From the NCBI GenBank assembly GCA_963704825.1, contig CAVPHV010000021.1:38771-102770 (forward strand): a DNA stretch of 64,000 nt, in the 5' to 3' direction. The stretch comes from an uncultured Acidimicrobiia bacterium (GTDB lineage Bacteria > Actinomycetota > Acidimicrobiia > Spongiisociales > UBA5794). The position numbers were made by a program, and so were the translations under genes. Positions 20,169 through 31,200 of this stretch are shown one piece after another (position 1 is the stretch's first letter; every line of letters starts with the position of its first letter). A model generated the notes under the pieces. That model was given only the letters and a program-made list of their open reading frames with translations. It was not told the DNA's origin and ran no database searches.

Positions 20169-23100
20169 CTAGGACACCGAGAACGGGACCCAGGGTTTGG
20201 TCGGGTCCTGCTTACCGGACGTGTCCTGGGCTCGCACCCACAGCGCAAAGCTGCCGCTGCCCGGTGCCGTCCAGCTGTACGACCAGCCGGTCGATGCCCC
20301 GTCCGGATTGTCCAGCGTCGTCTCCAGCACAGTCCACGAGCCCCACCCGGTCCCCGTCCACCATTGGCTGGTGGCCGTGTTGCGAATGGCGATGTCCACC
20401 TTTGCCACACCGACATCGTCGGTCGCCGTACCGGACATGTTGACCGTCGTACTCGGGAACGACTGATTGCTCGTCGGAGTCGTCACGGTTGCGTTCGGGT
20501 CCTCAACGTCGGTACCCCCACCGGTCAAGATGCTGAACGGACGCCACACCTTGGTCGGGTCCTGATTACCCGACGTATCGTCGGCCCGCACCCACAGGGC
20601 GTACTGACCATCCCCAGGACCGTTGAAGACATACGACCAACCGGTACTCGAAGCACCCGGGCTGGTGAGTGTCGCTTGATGCGTCGCCCAGCCGCCCCAT
20701 CCGGTCCCGTTCCACCATTGATTGGTGGCATTGTTCCGAATCGCAACCAGGACCTGACCGATACCGACATTGTCGGTGGCGGTTCCCTCGAGGGTCGGCT
20801 GGGCATCGGTCAACACCTGACCGTTGACTGCCGGCACACTCGCCGTGGCATCCGGCGGCGTGGTATCCGCCACCGCACTCACCTCAACCGTGATCTGCGC
20901 CGGCGAACCGTCCACATTGCCCACCGCATCGGACGCTGCGGCCGTGATCGTCACCGATCCCGCCAAGTTGGCGTCCCAGTCGTACGACCAACCCGTCGAC
21001 GTCGCCCCCGGAGTGTTCACCGTGGCCGCAACCGTCGGTCTGACCGGCCTGCCACGACCCACCGGTCCAGTACTGGTCCGTGGTTGTGTTGTGGATCTCC
21101 ACGTCGACCCCGGTTACCCCCACGTTGTCGGTGGCGTTACCCGTGATCGTCACATTCCCGAACAACAGGCTCGCCCCGTTAGCGGGAGAGCCAATCGTCG
21201 TGTCCGGCGCCGTGGCATCCGCCACCGGGTCGGCGGTGAAGCCGACGATCTCCGGCGACGCGTCGGCGTTGCCGAACGCGTCACGGGCCCCCGCCGTGAC
21301 CGTGTAGTCGCCGGCGGGCACCACCACGTCATAGGACCAATCGGTGGTGAGACCCAGCGGCGAATCGAGGCTCGCCGACACCACTGCGATCACCGAGTCA
21401 AACCCGGAGCCATCCCAGTAGTTGCCGGTCGCATCATCAACGATGGTCAGATCAACCCCAGCCACACCGGTGTCATCCGACGCGGTCCCCGAAATGGTGA
21501 CCGGACCGGCATCGACCGACGAACCATCCGCCGGGAAGCCGAGCGTCGTCTCCGGAGCCACGGTGTCGGTTCCCTCGATCGCCGACACCGTCACTGTGGG
21601 CGGCGCCGGGTCCTCATTGCCATCCAGATCGCTCGCAATAGCGGTGATCACATAGGTGTCGACACCGTCCGGTGTGAAGTCGAAGGACCAGTCGGTCGAC
21701 GCTTCGACCGGATTGGTCAACGTCGCCGGCGCAGAGCGCTCGCTCGACGACCACGAAGCGCGTGACGCCCGCCACCAGTACCCGTCGGACTGGCGCTGGA
21801 TATACACATCGACATCCGCGATGGCGACGTTATCGGTAGCAGCACCACCGATCTGGAGCGCAACGCCAACACCAACCGTGCCACCGTCTGGAGGCGAGGT
21901 GAGTGTCGTCGCCGGCGCTTCCTCATCGGGTGCGATCGTGAAGTTCCTCACTCCCTTGGGTGACTTGTTGCCCGAGAGATCGATCGCTTCGACGAACACC
22001 CGGTAGTTGCCGCCCGGGGCCAGCCACGGATAGCTGAACCCGGTTGAGACTCCACCGGGGGTATCGATGTCGGCGTCCCACCAACGGAACGCCGTTGAGA
22101 ACCCGCTTCCATTCCACCACGCGTTCGCGTCGAGATCCTTGATGGCGAGATGGACCAGGTCGATCCCTCCGGCATCAGTCGCCGTCCCCGAGATCAGGAC
22201 CTCACCGGGAGGATTGGCCGAGCCCTCCAGTGGGGTGCTCATCGTCACCGCCGGGGCGACGATGTCATCCGCCGGTGGCGGGGGCACCGGCGGCGGCGTT
22301 GCCCCACCGACGGCAAACGAACCCATCACCGCATCGCCCAGGTTCCCGGCATGATCACGCGCCCGCGTCTCGATCGTGTAGCGACCGGACTGCGAGCCAC
22401 CGAGGAACTCCCACTGCCACTGCACCGACGTCGCCGGTGCAGTCGGTGCCGTCCAGGCTGCCCGGTTGCGCACCTTCGCCACCTGCCACGACATGTCGAA
22501 CGCGTTCCAGTACAGACCGGAGTCGACATCCTGCACCACGATCTCGACATTGCCTACGGCGATGCCGTCTTGGGCGGTGCCGGCCATGTGGACATTGCCT
22601 GCCGGCAACGAGGCGGCCGGTCCCGGCTGACTCATCGTCACCGTCGGCGCCACCAGCTCCCACTGCCTGGCCAGCAGCGGGTTGAACACCTGGATCCGGT
22701 CGTTGGCCGAGTCGGTCACATAGATCCGGCCTTGCGGATCGGCCGCCAACCCAACCGGGTTGCGGAACTCGTACGGGTTCGAGCCGTACGACGCACCCCA
22801 GCCACCCCGATAGGTGCCGTCGAGCTCGAACGCCTGCACGTTGCCGTTGCGCTCATCAGCGACATACAGCACCTCATTCGAGATCACACCGTCAACCGGA
22901 TCCTGGAACTGGCCCGGACCGGTCCCACGCTCGCCGAACCCGAACAACTCGACACCGTCCTGATCGAACACCCGAATCGGCGTGCCGCCGCCGCGCATCA
23001 CATAAATGTTCCCGGTAGCCGGGTCCACCGCCGTGCCGTGATTGGTGCTGTCGAACTGGAGGATCTCCTGGAAGGTGTCGGCGTCGAAGATCTTGACCAC

Positions 23101-24522
23101 ACCACCCATCCGGTCACCAATGATCACCCGACGCCCGTAGAACTCGAAGTCCACCGGCCACCGGAAATGACCCGGATCCGTGTCGTCACTCCCGATCAGG
23201 CCGATCTGGGTGACGTAGTTGCCGGTGTACGTGTAGACCTGAACGTGGTGACCACGCTCATTGGCGATCCACACCCGGCGGGTCACCGGATCGATCCCGA
23301 TCGACCGCGGATAATTCATGTCATAGGGACCACCCGGGCCGCGCTTGCCCCACGTATTGAGGAACTGACCCGAAGCCGAGAACCGGTCAAACCGCTGATT
23401 CCAGGCCTCGGCGATCCACACATCACCCGTGAGGGCGTCGACGGCGACGTCACGGGGCTGACCCAGATAGCCCTCAGGCGGCAGCCGCGACGGATCCGGC
23501 GCCTCCAGCAACGGAGTCCCAAACGCATTGAACTTGAGCGTCCGGAACCCACCAAAGTCCGCCACCCACACATTCCCATCACCATCAACCGTCACCTGAC
23601 GGCCACCACCGGTGAACTGACCCGGACCGGTGCCCTCACTCCCAAAGCTACTGAGGTACTGACCATTCATGTTGAAGACGTCAACATCGGAGTGTTCCGC
23701 ATCAACGATGTAGACCCGGCCCAGGTCCTCGTTGATCGCCACCCCACGCTCATCACCACCAAGGAAGTTGCCGGCCGTCTCGGAGAGCAAGGTGCCGTCG
23801 CTCGAATACCGATAGATGCGCCGGTTCCACGCATCCGACATCCACACCACACCATCGGAGGTGACGTCGACGCCGTAAAGCCGCGGCGCCTCATTCACCG
23901 AATCCGGGAACACCGGCCACTCCTGGACAATGGTCACCTCTTCGGTGGCGTCATTCCAGTCCAACTCGAGCATCCGCGGCGGATTGTCCTCATCATTGGT
24001 GAAGTGGCTGTCCATCACCCACATGTGACCGTTGTCATCGATCGTCAACCACACCGTATAGAACGCCCGGATCGTGTCGAAGCGAGTCCGCATCGCGACG
24101 TCCTTGGAATACATGAAGTTGCCGTTGACGTCGTACTTGGCGATCGCAACATCCAGCGGGTTGTCCTTCAACTCCGACACGTAGATCGACCCATCATTGG
24201 GATCAATACCCACCGAATACGGCTGTCCGACGTGATCATCACGCCAGAACTCACCGAGGTAGTTCCCCGAGGTGTCATAACGACGCAACTTGAAGTGCAG
24301 ATAGTCCGACACGATGATCTCGTCGCTGACCGGGTTGTACTGGACCCCCCACGAGAACACCCCAGGCCGGCCCTGCCCACCAATCGAACGCTCAAACCGT
24401 GGCGTCACCCACGGAGCCGAAGCCGCATCGGCCGATTGTGCAGGCATCACCGCTACCAAGGCCGCTGCAACCACAAACACTGACACGAGCGCCGTCAACC
24501 AGCGCCGCTGAATAGAAGCCAC
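20169..24522 (-). CDS. Secreted NHL-repeat/Ig-like protein (paralog 2, tandem duplicate of 15525-19883) with one frameshift near 21035
   Basis: GTG start at 24522 (VASIQRRWL). ORFs 20884-24588 and 20169-21062 join if one extra base (14 vs 13 nt relative to paralog 1) near 21030-21040 is removed. Ends DPTKPWVPFSVS. Confidence 0.82.
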
Positions 24523-24810
24523 TATCGCTTCCCCCTTTGTGCCCAAGCCCCAAACAATTCCTGGACCCCCAAACCAAGGGGGCCTCACCCTGTGCCCATC
24601 TTCTCACGAGCGCCCAAAAACCTCTAGCCCACAATGTGATGTCACACTGGAGAAGGCCGCCCGCCGGGCGCACCCTCCGCAGCCCGATCGCGACCGGTCA
24701 AGCCCGCAGCCGCAAATTCCTCTGACCGTGCGTCACCCACCGGGTCTAGAATGTGGTCGGGAATGAAGGTGGGGCCTGGCGACAGGCCGGGAAAACAGGG
24801 GGCGTGTCTG

Positions 24811-27800
24811 ATGGTGAAACGAGTGATGGGGCTGCGACGGCTGCAGTCTGCATCCCGCATCGCGATATCGGTTGCACTACTTCTCTCGGTGCTCGTGGTG
24901 GCACAGGGAGAAGCTCGTGCCGAATGGTCGCCGCCGGCTTTCGAGCGATCCATGGCGGGCATCGGACGCCCCGGGGTCTACGCGTGGGGTCTGGCCTACA
25001 ACCCCGTGAGCGACGAGATCATCGTTTCCGATTACCTCAACTTCAAGGTGCGTCGCTACTCGACGGACGGTCGCCACCTCGGTGACCTCGAGGACCAACC
25101 AGGTGAGCCCTGGTCGGTGGCCACCGATCCCAACAGCGGCGACATCTACTACATGAACAACTGGGACAACCGGTTGGAGCGCTTCGACTCGGCCGGCAAC
25201 CACATCAGCACCATCAGCGTCAGCAGTGGATGGAACGCGTGGATCGACGTCGACCACCGCGGATGGATCTGGATCATTCGTGGCGGACCGCAGGCAACCA
25301 ACTTCCGGCTCGACCACTACCACCCCGACGGCACCAAGCTCGGCCAGTGGAACATCAACGCCCCGGCGCCACTCGAACCGACCATGTTCGGCATCGAGGT
25401 GGCCGGCGACGGGTCGGTGTTCCTCTCCGACGCCAACAACGGCCTGATCCACGTCTACGACAACGACGGCAACTACGAACGCAGTTTTGGTGAAGGGCAC
25501 CTCTCCGGGGGCGACGCTCGAGGACTCACTCTGGACGAAACCAACGGCTGGGTCTACGTATCGGATGCCAGCAGCAACACCTTCGTCAAGTTCACGATGG
25601 CGGGCGACTACCTCGGCGCCTATGGAGGCACCGGCGAAGCGCCCGGCTTGTTCAACGGCCCCCGCCAGCTCGCCGTGGACGACGACGGCGACGTCTGGGT
25701 CGCCGACTTCGGCAACTACCGGTTCCAGGAGTTCGCATCGGACGGCACCCATCTGGGCACCTACCCGGACCCGCCCCAATCGCCTCCGGCCGGCCACCTC
25801 GCCCACGCCGCCGACTCGGTCGTCGACCCGGCGACGGGTGATGTGTGGGTCGCCGACACCTACAACCAGCGCTTCCACCGACTGGCGGCCGACGGGACAC
25901 CCACCGGGGTGTGGGGCAAGCGAGGCGGCACCGACGGTTACGGGATGAACTACCCCAGCACGATCGGGTTCGACCCCGTGCTGCGGCGCGTCTGGGTCGG
26001 GATGGAAGAGGGGCGCCACATCAAGGTCTACGACGACCAGGCGAACTACCTGTTCATCATCGGGGATCAAACCAAGACCCCGGAGAACCCCGGCTACCTG
26101 CGCAACGTGACCGACATCGACTTCTACCAGGACAAGGCATTCATCTCCGACGAGCAGGCGCACAACATCAAGGTGCTGGACGCCGACACCGGCGAGGAGC
26201 TCTACGAGATCGACGCGTATGACGGCAGCGGTTGGAGCGGGAACCACGGGCTCGCTATCAACCCGGCGAACGGCGACCTCTTTGTTGCCAGCTACAGCCT
26301 CGATCGGGTCAGCGTGTTCGATCAGAGCGGCGCCCTGCAATACAGCTTTGGATCGAGTGGCACCGGAGACGGTCAGTTCAGGTCGCCACGCGATGTCGCC
26401 ATCATCGATGATGTCGTATACGTCTCGGACGCCGAGACGAGCCGGGTCCAGGCGTTCCAACTCGACGGCACCTATCTGGGCCGGTGGGGTGGCTGGGGCA
26501 ACGGCCCCTACCAGTTCCGCAACCCGATGGGACTCGACACCGACCCCGCCGGTCGCCTCTACGTCACCGATGTCGAGAACGGAAGGATCACCGTCTTCAA
26601 CCCCTCGGTCCCCAAGCCTGCCTTTGTGTGGGGCCGCCCCGAGGTCACGCTCGCCACGCCCGGAAACGGCCAGCTGTTCACGGGTGACCAACTGTTCGTG
26701 ACCGGGACGGCGACCGACAACGACGGTATCGCCACCGTCGGGGTCCGGGTGCAGAACGCCGCCACCGGTCTGTGGTGGAACGGGAGGTCGTCGAGTTGGC
26801 AAACGGCCGCAGTCCCGAATATGGGTTTGTGGATGGCCCCATCGGCGCCGGCCACTTCGGTCACCTTCAGTTGGTACTTCCCGGCGATCGAACCGGGAGC
26901 GTCCTACACCATCGAGGTCGTGGCTCGCGACGTGCACAACACGCCGAGCAACCCCGCCGCCACGGCAACCGTGACGATTGCCGACGACGGACTCGTCGAC
27001 CTCGAGGACCCGACGCTCACCATGGCCAGCCCGGTTCCCGATGAGGTATTTGGGTCGCTGGACTCCGTCACGATCGAGGGGTCGGCGGCCGACGACGTTG
27101 CCGTCGACTTCGTCGACGTTGCCATCCAGGACAAGACAACCTCGCTGTGGTGGACGACGGCCGGCGACTGGGGCTCCTTTGCCTGGCTGGCTGCCGATCT
27201 GGCTGCGCCCGGAACACCGGCGACCGACTGGAGCTACGGATGGGTGCCTCCTGGCGAAGGCGACTACGCCGTCTCGAGTCGGGTCGGCGACGCCGCCGGC
27301 AAGGAGGCAACCCTGCCGCAAACCCTCTTCAGCGTCGTGGACGCAGCCGCCGACACCGAACCGCCCGACGGCACGGTCTCTCAGCCGGCTCGCAACGAAG
27401 CCGTTCCGTTGGGGACGGTCTCCGTCCAGGGCATGGCGACCGACAACATTGGAGTCGGCGCGGTGCAGGTCGCCGTGCGCAACAACGAGACACTCCAGTG
27501 GCTGCGGCCGAATGGAACCTGGGGCAACTTCGCCTGGCACACCGCCAGCATGGCGAGCCCAGGTGAGACCGAGACCACATGGTCGTGGTCCTTTGATGCA
27601 ACCGATGTCGCGGCCTACGGGCTGGCGGCCAGAGCCACCGACCTCGCCGGCAACATCGACCCGACGCGACCGTGGATCCCCTTCTCGGTCTCGTCGGGCG
27701 TCGGAGATACGGTTCCTCCCAACGCAACGGTCACGACGCCGACCCGGCTCCAGACACTGCCGGCCGGCCTCTTCGATGCCGGCGGGTCGGCAACCGACGA

Positions 27801-28050
27801 TGTCGGGGTTGCCGGCGTCAGCCTGGCAGTGCGCGACAACACGACATTGCTTTGGCTTCGCCCCAACGGCACTTGGGGGAACTTCGCCTGGTTACCGGCG
27901 CAGCTCACCAATCCGGACGCGGCGTCAACCGATTGGACGTTCGCCGCCACGCTCCCCGATCCCGGGGACTATGCGATATCGGTACGGGCCGAAGATACGT
28001 CGGGAAACATGGACCCGACCCGACCCTGGGTCCCCTTCACGCTCGAGTGA
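24811..28050 (+). CDS. Secreted NHL-repeat protein with four Trp-rich Ig-like repeats (divergent paralog 3)
   Basis: Probable ATG at 24811 (AGGGGG RBS). Shares the N-terminus FERS..G.GRPGV..WG..YNPVSDEIIVSDYL with paralogs 1 and 2. Ends DPTRPWVPFTLE. Confidence 0.88.
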   Translation: MVKRVMGLRRLQSASRIAISVALLLSVLVVAQGEARAEWSPPAFERSMAGIGRPGVYAWGLAYNPVSDEIIVSDYLNFKVRRYSTDGRHLGDLEDQPGEPWSVATDPNSGDIYYMNNWDNRLERFDSAGNHISTISVSSGWNAWIDVDHRGWIWIIRGGPQATNFRLDHYHPDGTKLGQWNINAPAPLEPTMFGIEVAGDGSVFLSDANNGLIHVYDNDGNYERSFGEGHLSGGDARGLTLDETNGWVYVSDASSNTFVKFTMAGDYLGAYGGTGEAPGLFNGPRQLAVDDDGDVWVADFGNYRFQEFASDGTHLGTYPDPPQSPPAGHLAHAADSVVDPATGDVWVADTYNQRFHRLAADGTPTGVWGKRGGTDGYGMNYPSTIGFDPVLRRVWVGMEEGRHIKVYDDQANYLFIIGDQTKTPENPGYLRNVTDIDFYQDKAFISDEQAHNIKVLDADTGEELYEIDAYDGSGWSGNHGLAINPANGDLFVASYSLDRVSVFDQSGALQYSFGSSGTGDGQFRSPRDVAIIDDVVYVSDAETSRVQAFQLDGTYLGRWGGWGNGPYQFRNPMGLDTDPAGRLYVTDVENGRITVFNPSVPKPAFVWGRPEVTLATPGNGQLFTGDQLFVTGTATDNDGIATVGVRVQNAATGLWWNGRSSSWQTAAVPNMGLWMAPSAPATSVTFSWYFPAIEPGASYTIEVVARDVHNTPSNPAATATVTIADDGLVDLEDPTLTMASPVPDEVFGSLDSVTIEGSAADDVAVDFVDVAIQDKTTSLWWTTAGDWGSFAWLAADLAAPGTPATDWSYGWVPPGEGDYAVSSRVGDAAGKEATLPQTLFSVVDAAADTEPPDGTVSQPARNEAVPLGTVSVQGMATDNIGVGAVQVAVRNNETLQWLRPNGTWGNFAWHTASMASPGETETTWSWSFDATDVAAYGLAARATDLAGNIDPTRPWIPFSVSSGVGDTVPPNATVTTPTRLQTLPAGLFDAGGSATDDVGVAGVSLAVRDNTTLLWLRPNGTWGNFAWLPAQLTNPDAASTDWTFAATLPDPGDYAISVRAEDTSGNMDPTRPWVPFTLE

Positions 28051-28274
28051 ACCGGCGGAGGGTCGGCACTTCCCGCAACGGTTGGGCCCTCCCTCGTGTG
28101 TAGGGACCACTGCGGAGAAGTGGTCATAGTGGCGCGAGCGGGCTACGCTCGCTGCCGCTGCCGCGGTGACTAGTCCGCGGCTGCCCTCAATTGCCATCCC
28201 CCCAATTCTCCTAAAGTCCCGATCCATCGGCCCGAAGTAATCACGGTGCCGGTCACAATCCCGGCCTATTTGTC

Positions 28275-31200
28275 GTGATGCAGAAGGGAAATCTTGTGTT
28301 TCGCAGTCTCGTCACCGCGCTTGTCGCATTCACCACCGCCATCGCCGTCGTCGGCGTCGTTGGCCCCCTCGACCTCGCAGGCTCACCCGCTCAGGCAGCA
28401 GAGCCCGCTCCGATAGCAGAGACGGCCCCACCGGCAGAGACGGCCCCACCGGCACAGCCCGCCCAATCAGCGGAGGCCGCTGATGCGGCGATTCCTGCGG
28501 CCGCCGCAGCTCCGGGATCCTCACCGTATGTGGCCTTGTTTACTGAGGTGGGTGATTGTGGACAGGTGGTGGCGACCAATGAGTTGACGGGTGGCGCCTT
28601 GAACGCGCGGTTGGCCGAACTCACCGTCTGGTATGAGCATTTCCACGGTCAGGGTTCGAATGTGTTTACGTTGGGTGATTTGTGTCGGGGGTCGTCGTCG
28701 TCGACGTTGGCGGCGAAGTTGGCGTCGCGTGGGGTGGTGGCGTCGAATTATCGGAATGGTTCGTATGTGAGTCAGTCGTCGCAGTCGGCGCCGTTGTTGT
28801 TTGGTGAGGCGGGGGATTTGGAGGCGAATGCCCCGTTGGCGATCGCGACGTTCTGGCCGGGGAATTATGCGCCGTATGTGGCGGGTGACAATGGGGCGGA
28901 TGTGGCGAAGTTGTCGGGGTCGTTGTCGGCGGGGGCGACGACGGTGCGGGTCAAGTCCGCGGCGTCGGTGCGGCCGTCGGGTGAGGCGGCGACGTGGCCG
29001 TATCGCAGTTCGCGTGGTGCGGGGACGGCGGCGGGGGCGCATACGGCGAATACGCATGATGTGGTGTCGTTTGTTCGGGTTGATGACGAGTTGATGCAGA
29101 TCACGGGGAACCCGTCGGTTGATGGTGGGGATGTGGTGTTGGCGGTGCGGCGTGGTTTGTGGGGGACGGAGGCGACGTCGCATGCGGCGAATGCTCGGGT
29201 GATGTCGCCGGTGTATATCGGGTCGAAGACCGCAGTGGCCGATGATCAGGGCCTGTCGGGGATTCCGGGTCGTGACGACAGCCGGTATGCGTTGCGGTAT
29301 GGGATCAAGTTGTGGCAGCCCGATGGGTATGGGTGGATCGCGGATCGGATTCGGGACACGTTCGGGTCGGGGTTCCAGGGCTATAACGCGTTCTGGTTGG
29401 ATGTGACGTCGTGTGTGCAGTACAACAACGCCGATTGGGCGGGGAACCCGGTGTGGGGGTGGGACGACCCGGTGGACAAGAAACTGACGCGGGATCGGTG
29501 GGGTGACCATCAGCAAACCAAGCTTGCTGGGCTGCGTTCCGAGTTGCCGGGGAAAAAGATGGTGACGAACACGCTCCAGAACAATGATTCGTGTGCGGAT
29601 GAGTTGTTGGCCAATCACACCGATGCGGGGGTGATGGAGAACTGGATGCGTACCGACGGGTCGTGGGGGAACGGGTTCTCGTGGACCGCGGAGATGGACC
29701 GCACGATTCGGACCATGGCCAACAACTGGCCCGCAGCGTATTGGGTGCGCTGGAATCGTGGGGTGCCCGATCCGCAACGCTATGAGCGGTTTGCGTACGG
29801 GTCGTTGCTGTTGGCGCATCGCCCCTCGGCAACCAAGTACACCTATGGGGGCCCGTTCGATCTCGACCGGCCCGACGAGTTGTACTTTTGGGACTGGGGT
29901 ACCCCGAGTGAAACCACCTCCCAGGTATCGGGGTTGGCGTTGCCCTCAGGGCTGTATGCCCGTGCCTACAGCAACGGGTTGATCATCGTCAACCCAACCA
30001 GCACCACCAAGACCCACAACCTGGGCGGCACCTACTACGACGTCGTCAACAAGAACCCCCAAGGCGACCCCACACCGGTCACCACCATCACCATCCCAGC
30101 CAAAGACGCCGCCTTCCTCGTTGGCAACGTGACTGCGGGTGATCCTCCGCCCAAGTGTGACGGCAAGACGGCCACCATCGTCGGCACCAACGGACCCAAC
30201 ACTCTCATCGGAACGTCCGGCCCTGACGTGATTTGGGGCGGCGGCGGCAACGACACCATCAAGGGCCTTGCCGGCAACGACACCATCTGCGGCGGAGGCG
30301 GCAAGGACGTCATCTTTGGCGCCGGGGGCAACGACACCATACTTGGCGGCAAAGGCAACGACACCATCTGGGCAAGCGACGGCTCAGACACGGTCTCCGG
30401 CGGCAAAGGTAACGACACCATCTGGCCGGGCGGGGGCACCAACGAGAGTCGCGGCAACGGGGGCGACGATGCCATCCACGCCACCTTCGGAAACAACGAT
30501 TCGTACGGCGGCAACAACAATGATGTCATCTACGTCGCAGCCGGATCCGGCGAGGTCTCCGGCGGCAAGGGCATCGATACCATCGACGCCCGGGATGCGA
30601 GTTCTCGCGTCGAGATCGACGTCGCCAACCCGGACGGCAAGGGCGGCACGTTCTCGACGACCCAAGGCAGCGCCGTCTTGTTCGGCATCGAGCACGCCGT
30701 CGGCTCCGCGTTTGGGGACGAGTTGCTCGGGGACTTCAGGAACAACGTGCTCACCGGACGAGGTGGTCCCGACACCATCCGCGGGTTTGCCGGCAACGAC
30801 GCCCTCTACGGCAGCAGCGGCAACGACTACCTCAACGGTGGCAGCGGCGCCGACCAGAACTACGGAGGGGCCGGAACCGGTGATGAGTGCACCAACGGCA
30901 CTCCACACGATTGCGAGTCCGGTGGCGGCGGTGGCGGTGGAGCCTGCACACCCGACAGTGCCCCCTACGGAATCGGGGAGAAGACCGTCACCCTGGTCGA
31001 CCCGAGTCGGGGCCGGACGCTGCAGACAACCATCTACTACCCGGCGACCTCGAACGGGACGAACGCTCCGGTTGTGTGCGGACCCTTCCCGATGGTCGTC
31101 GCCGGCCACGGTGCCGCCGGCACCGGCCGCAGCGCCGCGGACCTGTTCCGGTTCCTCGTGAACGATGGCTACGTTGTGGTCGGCCCGACCTTCCCGTCCG

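Noticed and set aside
15525-24522. Paralog variation as a diversity-generating retroelement
   Set aside because: No reverse transcriptase in the window, and the differences are not adenine-specific or confined to a short variable region.
24635-24646. TGTGATGTCACA in the divergent NHL promoter region as a CRP/GlxR site
   Set aside because: The half-sites are 2 bp apart rather than 6, and I saw only one copy. It could bind another regulator, but there is no support.
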